From the NCBI GenBank assembly GCA_025457865.1, contig JALOTP010000012.1:1443-65442 (forward strand): 64,000 nt of DNA, in the 5' to 3' direction. Below, one piece after another: positions 29,963 through 38,288 of the stretch. The position numbers and the translations under genes were made by a program. Each line of letters starts with the position of its first letter. The stretch's first letter is position 1. The notes beneath the pieces were generated by a model. The model worked only from the letters and a program-made list of their open reading frames with translations, did no database searches and was not told the origin of the DNA. This DNA comes from Thermoplasmatota archaeon. GTDB taxonomy: Archaea > Thermoplasmatota > Penumbrarchaeia > Penumbrarchaeales > Penumbrarchaeaceae.

Positions 29963-30354
29963 GATGGTGCGGGCGCCGGGACATCTGGAGGGTCCAATAA
30001 GTGACGATAAACCAACTCCAGATGTCCAGCTAAAAAGATAGTATCAAAAAATAATACTTTTTAGAGTATTAGATCAATGTCAAGAACCATTTTACGAGAA
30101 CATAGAATGATCGACGAAAGTAAAACGGATGAAAAATCACTTCGTGATTTTCCAAGTCTTTGTCCTATGGGCCAAAGATGGTGCGGGCGCCGGGACATAT
30201 GGAGGGTCCAATAAGTGACGAAAAACCAGCTCCAGATGTCCAGGAAAAATGAAAAATAATTTAAATGCCATTTTTCCGTGTATGATCTATGTAAAGCACC
30301 ATTTTACGAGAACATAGAATGATCGACGAAAGTAAAATGGTGCGGGCGCCGGGA
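29963..30354 (-). repeat. tRNA-Gly-linked tandem units: two extra copies of the tRNA 3'-terminal 17 nt, each with hairpin-rich conserved blocks
   Basis: TGGTGCGGGCGCCGGGA at 29965, 30179 and 30338 (tRNA); 67-nt block 29963-30029 vs 30177-30243 (3 mismatches); 40-nt block 30086-30125 identical to 30298-30337. Confidence 0.93.
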
Positions 30355-30414
30355 TTTGAACCCGAGTTCCTAGCTTGGCAAGCTAAAGTGATGACCAGTC
30401 TACACTACACCCGC
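30338..30414 (-). tRNA. tRNA-Gly(GCC), CCA encoded
   Basis: Reverse complement GCGGGTG...TTAGC-TTGCCAA-GCTAG...GGTTCAAATCC...CGCCCGCACCA folds as a cloverleaf. Confidence 0.97.
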
Positions 30415-30446
30415 ATGGACCGGGGAAGTGGTCAAGGTAGTTCCCG

Positions 30447-30460
30447 TTTAAAAATCTTTC
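30447..30460 (-). promoter_or_regulatory. BRE/TATA promoter of tRNA-Gly
   Basis: GAAAGATTTTTAAA on the minus strand, about 33-45 nt upstream of the tRNA 5' end. Confidence 0.6.
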
Positions 30461-30538
30461 ATAGAGCAAGAAGATGGTCGGCCCTGGTCATGGAAAGAGG
30501 TGAAGGTTTAATGTCCTGTTAGTAACTTAGGTCCTCCC

Positions 30539-31252
30539 ATGATGGCAGATGCCTTCGTGAGCCGGAAGCTGGCTCTCGTAACGGGAGGGTGCAGGAACCT
30601 GGGGCTCGAGATATCCAGGGCGCTATTGTCATGCGGTCACCAGGTGATTGCCACGACCCGGGATGCCAGGACATTTACGGAGCTCGGGGACACCTTGTCG
30701 AAGATCGATGTGATACAAGCGGACGTATCGACAGAAGAAGGGGTGGATAGGACCTTTGAATATATTCGGGGAAAGGACCTACCTATAGGTATCCTTGTCA
30801 ATAACGCATCAAGTTTTCCAAGGGGGCCCTTGTTATCCCTAGATGTTAAAGAGTTCCGTCATGCATACGATAGCACCGTAATGTCCGCGTTCATGTGCAT
30901 AAAAAAAGCGGTCCCTCTGATGAAAGTGGTGGGCTGGGGCAGGGTGATAAACATAGGAATGGCAGGGGCCGACAACGTGAGAGGCTACAGGGATGTCGCA
31001 GCACATGCCTCTGCCAAAACCGCATTATCGGTCCTAACGCTCTCGCTCGCTGCCGAACTCGAGGGTACTGGTTTAACGGTGAATATGGTCAATCCCGGCC
31101 CTATCGAAAGAGCGGGATTGACCTCCAAAGAAAGAGAACGTCTAAGTTCCATATCCCCTGCAGGGAGGTTGACCAGGAGCGGAGATATTGTCGGGCAGGT
31201 CATAGAGATGGTCCAAACAGACATCAATGGGACACTATCCACGGTGCTATGA
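30539..31252 (+). CDS. Short-chain dehydrogenase/reductase
   Basis: TGGCRNLG, LVNNAS, HxxxK in place of YxxxK, VNMVNPG. Confidence 0.85.
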   Translation: MMADAFVSRKLALVTGGCRNLGLEISRALLSCGHQVIATTRDARTFTELGDTLSKIDVIQADVSTEEGVDRTFEYIRGKDLPIGILVNNASSFPRGPLLSLDVKEFRHAYDSTVMSAFMCIKKAVPLMKVVGWGRVINIGMAGADNVRGYRDVAAHASAKTALSVLTLSLAAELEGTGLTVNMVNPGPIERAGLTSKERERLSSISPAGRLTRSGDIVGQVIEMVQTDINGTLSTVL

Positions 31253-31333
31253 AGTCCCGATCACATCAATGGGATGGGATATCCCTTCGTTCGTTCCATT
31301 TTATACATTTTCTTGATAATATTAAAATAATCG

Positions 31334-32257
31334 GTGCATTCTGGACATCCTGTGCTATTGGCCTTGCTGGGCACCCTTGTCGGTCTTGCCCTTCTCATCA
31401 TTGGAGCCAACTTCCTTGTGGACGGAGCGGCAGCTCTGGCCAAGAAGATAGGTATAAGCGGTCATGTGATAGGCCTTACGCTTGTTGCAGCGGCCACATC
31501 ACTTCCAGAGCTTTTCACATCGACCGTAGCAACGTTCAGTGGCGAGTACGATATCGCTGTTGGCAACATAGTCGGTTCGAACGCGGTTAATATCTCCTTG
31601 ATACTTGGGATAGGTATACTCATCCAGCCTATAAGGACCAACAGATCGGCCAAGAGGGATAGTATCTTCATTTTAGGTGTAACGGTCCTGCTCTTCTTCC
31701 TGGCTATCCAGGGTATAGAGTTTTGGGAGGCGTTGATATTCCTTGGCCTTTACATTGGGTATACCATCCTGATCTTCCGGTCCAAGGATATGGCCAAGAT
31801 AGATGTGGAGGTAAAGGAGCGGAAACCCTGGATATTGATTTTGCTCATAATCCTTGGCATAGCCTTCCTGTCAATAGGGTCCCCCCTACTTGTTCGGTCC
31901 GCGGCATCATTGGCCGTAGAGGTTGGGGTCTCGGCAGCGGTCATAGGTTCGACCCTTATCGCGGTCGGAACATCGTTCCCTGAGCTCCTTACCAGTATCA
32001 TGGCGTCGGTGAAAGGACATGAAGGGATAGCGTTCGGCAATGTCTTCGGATCCAATATTTTTAATATTCTAATGATACTAGGAGTCAGTGGTATTATCAG
32101 GCCACTTGTTGTGAACGATTTTTTCATTTTTGCGCTCATACCGGCGCTCATCCTACTCCAACTCCTCGGTTCAATCCTTGCATTTGGTAGGATGGGGAGG
32201 AAGGAAGGTGTCATTCTAATATTGGGTTATGTGATATTCCTAGCGCTAATGTTCTGA
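31334..32257 (+). CDS. Na+/Ca2+ (cation/Ca2+) antiporter, YrbG/NCX family
   Basis: Alpha repeats ATSLPE...GNIVGSN and GTSFPE...GNVFGSN; start codon uncertain. Confidence 0.92.
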   Translation: MHSGHPVLLALLGTLVGLALLIIGANFLVDGAAALAKKIGISGHVIGLTLVAAATSLPELFTSTVATFSGEYDIAVGNIVGSNAVNISLILGIGILIQPIRTNRSAKRDSIFILGVTVLLFFLAIQGIEFWEALIFLGLYIGYTILIFRSKDMAKIDVEVKERKPWILILLIILGIAFLSIGSPLLVRSAASLAVEVGVSAAVIGSTLIAVGTSFPELLTSIMASVKGHEGIAFGNVFGSNIFNILMILGVSGIIRPLVVNDFFIFALIPALILLQLLGSILAFGRMGRKEGVILILGYVIFLALMF

Positions 32258-32264
32258 GGATTGT

Positions 32265-34178
32265 TCAGCCCTCTGCCTTTGTGAGATATTCAGCCTTAGC
32301 CGATAGGGACCATTCGTTCCCCGTGTCCGATTGACGTACGATGATACCTACCAGGCCAGTGATATCGCCTGCCTCGGTACATCTGACCACTACCGTCCAT
32401 TCTCCAGTTTCTGATGGTCCTTCCTCAGACGGGTGATAGCTTATCAGTAGGTTCCCCGAACTGATGGGGCCTGCACTATCGACGGGGGTCGTGGAATTGG
32501 GAGGGAGCAGTTCTATCTCGAAGGAATCCGGCAGGTTCCTCAGACCAGGTCTGACGCTCTCGTCGGTCCATGATAGGGAAACGTTGATGTAGTTCACAGA
32601 TTCCCCCACGACCACTATAGGGACAGAGCTCTCCTGGCCTTCATTGGTGCTGTCCGACAGGGAATAGGTCTGTGAAAGGTATTCCCAGACCACGGTAGGT
32701 TCCTCGGTAGAACCCTCCTCTTCAGGGGGATAGTAGGTGTCGGTCCCCATCATGAACCCAGCAACGATCGATATCGGTATCAGGATGGCAACCAAAAAGG
32801 GCGTGGCCTTGAATGTGAAGACCTTCTCGATCATTGGATAACCCTGCTTGCTCGCCTTGTCCCTGGCCGCGGCCTCCTCGCCCTCCTCCATCGCCTTGAT
32901 CCTGTTCGCCCGCGCTATGACGTCCTGCCCCCAGGATTTATAATAGGTCATGAACCCGATAAGGAGGAGGAACCCTAACGCTACCAAGATACCATAGAAT
33001 AGTTTAGGTCTTTCGAACTGGGTGCCGATCACTGTGTAAAGGATACCAAAGACAAGGGTCCCCAACCATAGACCGCTCATGGATGAGAGGAAATTGGTCC
33101 CCAGGTAGGCAGATACCTTATCTTTCGTTGCGAGTTTGGAAACGAAGGCATAGTAACCCGGTGCCACAAGGAACTCTCCAACCGATGAGATGACGATACC
33201 AATTATCACGAAGGTCCAATTCAATGAAAGACCGAAAAAACCAATGAAAGCCAATCCGATGACATAGAGCAGTACGCCCATCATCACTGCAATAAGTGAT
33301 TCAAGTTTCTCGACCTTCTTAGCTAGATATGGCCCGGCCAGAATGATCGTCAAAGGGTTGGGGATTGCTAGGATCATCACACCGAACCAGCTAGGGACCA
33401 TCTTGAAATTGAACAATGCGGAGGGCAGAGCGTTAAGCGTAGAGGAGTATAAGGCCCAGAATCCCGCTATCAGGAAGACCATCACAAGGAACTTCTTATC
33501 CCTGAAGGCGATGGCGATATTCTTCCTGACATCCTTTACCGTCCTTACATTCCCAGACCTTGGCACCTCCTTGAAAATGGTCAGGAGGATCACCAGATTG
33601 ATGAGGAAGAAGAAGGCCCCGACCCTGAAAACCCACGCATACAAGGATGGGCCGAACAATTTCAGGATCTCCAATGCAACATAGATCATAGGGAAGACCG
33701 CAGCAGCAAGGTTCACGAACCAGTAATAGATGGAATATGCCATGTTCCTCTGGTCCTGGTGGGTGGATTTTGCTATCGTAGCTGAGATAAGGGGCTTGTA
33801 GGACCCTATACCGAAACCTATCATCATGACACCCAGGATGAGCGTCAGCGGACCTGATGCGAATGATAGGAAGAGGTAGGCGAAGAAGAGAACGGTATAT
33901 GCAAAGAACATCTGCTTCTTGAAACCCCATTTCTCGGCCAGGGCACCGCTCAGGATAGGAAGGCCGTACTGTATTGGATACATGAAGATCGTAATGTTCA
34001 CAGCGATCCAGACAGGGACTCCCAGGTTGTATTGCGCATAGTAGACAATTATCGGAACAAAGGTGTAATAGGCCCCCCTCTCCATTAGTTCGAATATCTG
34101 GACGATCCAGAATACCGATTGGAACCCTCTGATCTTCTGTAAGAAGCTCTGCTCTTTCTCGGGTTCCGTCGTATCCAT
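32265..34178 (-). CDS. MFS transporter of POT/peptide-transporter type with extra TM and C-terminal soluble domain
   Basis: ELMERGAYY (ExxER motif), YSIYYWFVN, GEFLVAP. Confidence 0.8.
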   Translation of the reverse strand: MDTTEPEKEQSFLQKIRGFQSVFWIVQIFELMERGAYYTFVPIIVYYAQYNLGVPVWIAVNITIFMYPIQYGLPILSGALAEKWGFKKQMFFAYTVLFFAYLFLSFASGPLTLILGVMMIGFGIGSYKPLISATIAKSTHQDQRNMAYSIYYWFVNLAAAVFPMIYVALEILKLFGPSLYAWVFRVGAFFFLINLVILLTIFKEVPRSGNVRTVKDVRKNIAIAFRDKKFLVMVFLIAGFWALYSSTLNALPSALFNFKMVPSWFGVMILAIPNPLTIILAGPYLAKKVEKLESLIAVMMGVLLYVIGLAFIGFFGLSLNWTFVIIGIVISSVGEFLVAPGYYAFVSKLATKDKVSAYLGTNFLSSMSGLWLGTLVFGILYTVIGTQFERPKLFYGILVALGFLLLIGFMTYYKSWGQDVIARANRIKAMEEGEEAAARDKASKQGYPMIEKVFTFKATPFLVAILIPISIVAGFMMGTDTYYPPEEEGSTEEPTVVWEYLSQTYSLSDSTNEGQESSVPIVVVGESVNYINVSLSWTDESVRPGLRNLPDSFEIELLPPNSTTPVDSAGPISSGNLLISYHPSEEGPSETGEWTVVVRCTEAGDITGLVGIIVRQSDTGNEWSLSAKAEYLTKAEG

Positions 34179-34290
34179 TTAAAAAACCTTGATTTCCCTA
34201 ACCACGACATATTATAAAAAAGTTCAATAAGGGGCATGGATGATTGGACATGGATGAACATGGGCGTTTTTTTTCGATAAGAGGTAGGTC

Positions 34291-35256
34291 ATGCCTTCTA
34301 AGAACAAGACAGGGAGCAGGAAGGAGGCAACCTCCCAAAGGGAGGGCCTGGGCTATGCACTGATAGCCATGACGGTGGTCCTATGGAGCATGATAGAGGT
34401 CATCTCCAAGCTCATACAGGCCGACCTTCACCCCATGACGATCGCCTTCCTCAGGTTCTTCATTGGCGGTCTCTGCCTTATGCCCTTCGCCCTGTTCTAT
34501 GGGAGGTACAACAAATGGAAAGAGCTCGGGGCCAGGGATTGGTTGTCGTTCCTGCTCCTCAGCTTCCTGGGAATATCCCTCACGTTCTCCCTTTTCCATC
34601 TCGCCCTTTACTGGATGGACGCATCCTCCACCGCGGTCATCATTTCGACGGTCCCCATCTTCGCAGCGCCAGCAGCATACTTCTTCCTTGGTGAACGGAT
34701 CAGACCCATAGCCCTGGCCGGTATAGCCCTTGGAGGAGCTGGTGTTTTCATCGTCTATCTGTCCGAATCGAACACGTGGCATTCGGCCCTTGGGACATTG
34801 ATGATGCTTGTCTGCGTCATCGCTTTCACTGTCTATTCGGTACTGATGAAGAGGCTCAATCAGAGGATGGACCCCAGGTTCTCTACCCCGGCCAGTCTCT
34901 GGCTCGGTTCACTGATGATGGCCCCCCTGCTCTTGCTTGAAAAGGCCCCTCTGTATCGACCGCTCCCCCTCCAGCCCTTATTGGTCCTGCTCTTCCTGTC
35001 GGTGTTCGGGGTCGGGGCTTCCTATATGTTCTATTTCATGGGACTGTCCAGGGTCAAAGCCTCCAAGGGAGTCTCGCTGATGTACCTGAAGCCGTTCCTT
35101 GCAGGTTTCTTTGCAGTTCTCCTTCTTCAGGAGGCCATCTCCTTCCAGAGGGCGATATCCATAGTCATCGTAGGCCTGTCCCTCTATCTGATCCTGGAAG
35201 AGGGCAGGGTCAAAGAGCTCATCAAGGGTTGGATGAAGAACAGGTCAGGTCCATGA
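34291..35256 (+). CDS. EamA/DMT-family transporter
   Basis: About 10 TM; AFLRFFIG, FLGER, LLQEAIS. Confidence 0.88.
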   Translation: MPSKNKTGSRKEATSQREGLGYALIAMTVVLWSMIEVISKLIQADLHPMTIAFLRFFIGGLCLMPFALFYGRYNKWKELGARDWLSFLLLSFLGISLTFSLFHLALYWMDASSTAVIISTVPIFAAPAAYFFLGERIRPIALAGIALGGAGVFIVYLSESNTWHSALGTLMMLVCVIAFTVYSVLMKRLNQRMDPRFSTPASLWLGSLMMAPLLLLEKAPLYRPLPLQPLLVLLFLSVFGVGASYMFYFMGLSRVKASKGVSLMYLKPFLAGFFAVLLLQEAISFQRAISIVIVGLSLYLILEEGRVKELIKGWMKNRSGP

Positions 35257-36546
35257 CCTGCGGAAAGAGAGCCCCATCTTCGCAAGCCTTTCAAGGACGG
35301 GTCCATAGATCGCCGGTACTGAGGGTATCATAACACCGGACAGTCCTTTGAGCTCTCCTTTTAGTACCATCTCCGCGGCCAATGCCGCTGGAAGGCCCAC
35401 CGTCCTTGACATGGCGGAGTCCCCATCAGGGATACCTTTGGCTATCAGCGTTGATCTGATAGTGCTCTTCCCTTCGCTACCGGACGTCCCGAACCGATGT
35501 TCTAGGACGATCATGTCCCGTTCTCCTGGAGCATAGTTGAGCTTCGTCTCCAGGAGCACAGAAAGGGCATCGATCCTGCTGCTACCCTCGATGATCGGTA
35601 TATCGGAGAGAAGGCCCAACCATTCCCAGTTGGAAAGGACCCTCCAGTTGTCACGTGTCCTCAATAGCTTCAAGGCCCGCCCCCTTATATCGCCAGGGCC
35701 GGGGGCAAGTCCCTCAAGCAGGCCACGGTAGGTCTTCGCGTTCGCTGGGGAATCGTCGAGCATACCGATATCGTGAAGCCCCTTCCAGGTATCGCACCAA
35801 CCCTTGTTCCTCAGCGTTCCTCTAAGGACGGTCCGTGCTTCTGGTATACCGTAGGTCGCGGCATACGGGACCGAGTCCCTGTTCGGGTAGCCCTCGAACT
35901 CCCCCAACCCCGCTATTGGTACATGGACATAGGACCCGAACAGCTCCCTTCCAGGGACCTCTATGTCCCTGCCGTCTTTCCTGAACCTTGCGCTGTTCCT
36001 GGACGCGAGAACGACACCTCGAGGGCTCCATGAGAATTTGTAGCCCCAAGGGTTGGTATTATGCTCAGGCGACGGCAGACCCCCGCAGTAGGATACGAAC
36101 TCCTGAACGCGGACATCCTTGCTCTTGAGCTCATCGATTATGCTCATGGCCTCCATGTGGTCAATGCCCGGGTCCAGGCCTATCTCGTTCAGGAACAGTA
36201 GCCCTGCGTCCTTTGCCCGCGCATCCATCTCCCTCATTGCGGGGCTTACATAGGAGGTGGTGATCATGTGCTTCCCCTCCTCAAGGCAGGCCCTTGCCAC
36301 CGCAGGATGGTGGGTGTAAGGGAGCAGGGATATGACGACCTCATGGTCCGATACCAGTCCGAGTAGGTCCATCTCATAGGAGATATCAAAGGCCAATGGG
36401 TCGCCTTTAGGATGCCCCTCCACCAATTGAACGGCCTTCTCGACCGTCCTGCTTGCGACCGTGACATCGAAACCTCCGACCTCGAGGAGGTATCTGATCA
36501 GTGGCCTGGCAACTAGTCCGGCTCCCAGCACCAGAACGTTCCTGAT
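35245..36546 (-). CDS. Saccharopine dehydrogenase (glutamate-forming, Lys9/AASS C-terminal type); start codon non-canonical or uncertain
   Basis: VLVLGAG, SLLPY, TTSYVS, EIGLDPGIDHM, SYCGGLP, YKFSWSP, YPNRDS, RGTLR, SAMSRTVG. Confidence 0.9.
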   Translation of the reverse strand: MRNVLVLGAGLVARPLIRYLLEVGGFDVTVASRTVEKAVQLVEGHPKGDPLAFDISYEMDLLGLVSDHEVVISLLPYTHHPAVARACLEEGKHMITTSYVSPAMREMDARAKDAGLLFLNEIGLDPGIDHMEAMSIIDELKSKDVRVQEFVSYCGGLPSPEHNTNPWGYKFSWSPRGVVLASRNSARFRKDGRDIEVPGRELFGSYVHVPIAGLGEFEGYPNRDSVPYAATYGIPEARTVLRGTLRNKGWCDTWKGLHDIGMLDDSPANAKTYRGLLEGLAPGPGDIRGRALKLLRTRDNWRVLSNWEWLGLLSDIPIIEGSSRIDALSVLLETKLNYAPGERDMIVLEHRFGTSGSEGKSTIRSTLIAKGIPDGDSAMSRTVGLPAALAAEMVLKGELKGLSGVMIPSVPAIYGPVLERLAKMGLSFRRSWT

Positions 36547-36550
36547 AATA

Positions 36551-37873
36551 TCACCCCTTCCTTTCCAACGACCTCTCGAGATAACTATATACGGGAGTGA
36601 GCTGGCCATTGTGGACTATGACCGCGTTCTTGATGGGTTTGGGCAACTTCAAAGATGAGAAATCCGTCGAGAGGTCCGTGGCCGCGATGTGGGGGAGGAA
36701 CCCCTTCAATCTGTCCCCGAAGTATTCCGAGGACTCCTCAGGAATCTCGCATGGCAGGTTGTCAACGGCCATGATCACCGGTCCTGACCCTCTCCACCCC
36801 GGAAGGGCAGTATCCTCCCATGGTTCGTAAACATACACGGGGTCCTCCGGGGTCGTCGGTTTGATGGTCGCCTCCACCGCCCCCTCGATATCACAGCTGA
36901 TATCGCCTATGACCCGGAGCTTGGCAGGACGGTGTTCAGAGTAGAGCTCCTTGAGCCGTTCCTTGGTCACCAATCGAGGATATCTTGCGTCCCAATAGAT
37001 GCAGTTCAAGAGCATGGTCATAAAGGGCAGGTACTGGGAGAAACGGGACCTGTATCTCTCCGGGTGGTCATAGTATTCCTTCAGATTGAACGGTTCCGCA
37101 GCATCCACCCTTTCCACCATATCGATCTCATTGAAGACAACTTTGTAAATGTTCTGTCCGGAGTCCTTCCGGTTCTTGAGATTGGGGAGCTCCTGGGGGC
37201 TGACCTCCTTGACCGGTAGGAGGTCGAGAATGTCCTGAACGCCTTTGGAAACGTTGCCTGAACCGGAAATACCGATGACAAAGGGTCTAAGCGTATAGGG
37301 GATGCCGTAGGACACTATCATCCGGCCTATGGACGATATATGCTCGCGGATGTTGTGCAGGTTGCCATACTCGTGGGCCCTCATTATGGACGAGAACGGG
37401 TTCCTCAGTCCTTCCCATTCGAGCCTCCTCCCCAGGGCCCATAGGGAATCCACAACTCCGGCGATACCGGCATGCCAGCCGAAGAAGATGAGCCGCCGGT
37501 TGTTCTCATCCACCACCTTCTCGTAATCGATGAGCGTGCAGCCCAGGTCCATTATCTTCTTCAGCATCCCCATGTTATGGGGCTGCCCCTTGATGGTATG
37601 GGAGAAGAACATGTAGGTCTTGTTGCTCTCCAGCTCGAAGGAAGGTATCTCCTTCACACCGAGGATTATGTCCGCATTGGAGAGGTCCTCGGTAACCGTG
37701 GCCCCAGCTTCTCTGTAGGATGCGTCTGAGAAGACCCTCAGGTCGGACGGTTGCACAATGAACTCGAGCCCGTTATCGTTGATCAGCCTCTGGACCTGGA
37801 CCGGATCGAGAGGGGCCCTCCGCTCCCACCTGTTCTTAGTCTCTCTCCTGATACCCAGTTTGTTCATGGTCAT
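36551..37873 (-). CDS. Lysine-ketoglutarate reductase (AASS N-terminal LKR domain type)
   Basis: WERRAPL, VQPS, GVKE, FFSHTIKGQ, LIDYE, NCIYW, DISCD, AVDNLP. Confidence 0.9.
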   Translation of the reverse strand: MTMNKLGIRRETKNRWERRAPLDPVQVQRLINDNGLEFIVQPSDLRVFSDASYREAGATVTEDLSNADIILGVKEIPSFELESNKTYMFFSHTIKGQPHNMGMLKKIMDLGCTLIDYEKVVDENNRRLIFFGWHAGIAGVVDSLWALGRRLEWEGLRNPFSSIMRAHEYGNLHNIREHISSIGRMIVSYGIPYTLRPFVIGISGSGNVSKGVQDILDLLPVKEVSPQELPNLKNRKDSGQNIYKVVFNEIDMVERVDAAEPFNLKEYYDHPERYRSRFSQYLPFMTMLLNCIYWDARYPRLVTKERLKELYSEHRPAKLRVIGDISCDIEGAVEATIKPTTPEDPVYVYEPWEDTALPGWRGSGPVIMAVDNLPCEIPEESSEYFGDRLKGFLPHIAATDLSTDFSSLKLPKPIKNAVIVHNGQLTPVYSYLERSLERKG

Positions 37874-37930
37874 CCCTGACCGGCAATGGACAACTGGGAT
37901 TATAAGGGCTCTGTATTCTTAGAGCATCCC

Positions 37931-38227
37931 TCATTTCTTATTGTACTTCGGTAGGGTCCCGTGCTTCTTCTTGAACTCGTCCAAGGCTTCCCTCCAGGCA
38001 GTTTCGGCCTCTTCCGGGGTAGCGAAATATTCCACCGAGAAGAACTTTGCACCATCGGCTGGGGTCTCAGCACCGGGTAGATGTTTGAGGAGATGCTTCT
38101 GAACATTCCCCTTCCCCAGGAAGACCGGTTTCTTAAGTTCGTCGGCCAGCCTGTACAGGCCCCATCTCTTCTCGACCTGAGAGACAAACTTCTCCGTATA
38201 GGGGTAGAATGTGAATTCCATTATCAT
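37931..38227 (-). CDS. Small degenerate GIY-YIG-like protein
   Basis: GLYRL...VFLGKG-NVQKHLLKH...LPKYN pattern; start 38227 or 38221. Confidence 0.55.
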   Translation of the reverse strand: MIMEFTFYPYTEKFVSQVEKRWGLYRLADELKKPVFLGKGNVQKHLLKHLPGAETPADGAKFFSVEYFATPEEAETAWREALDEFKKKHGTLPKYNKK

Positions 38228-38288
38228 GTCCACACCCGCGATATCATGGTCGTTCCTCATTTAAAAAGGTTCCGTTGGAGAGGTGGTC

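Noticed and set aside
29963-30354. CRISPR array interpretation of the three 17-nt repeats
   Set aside because: The repeat is the tRNA 3' end, the intervening sequences are 142-197 nt and largely homologous to each other, and no cas genes are present.
29822-30522. ORFs 29822-30004 and 30319-30522
   Set aside because: They overlap the nitrilase end, the repeats and the antisense strand of tRNA-Gly, so they are spurious.
36551-36553. Selenocysteine or stop readthrough at the LKR TGA
   Set aside because: In-frame readthrough does not enter the SDH frame, which is +1.
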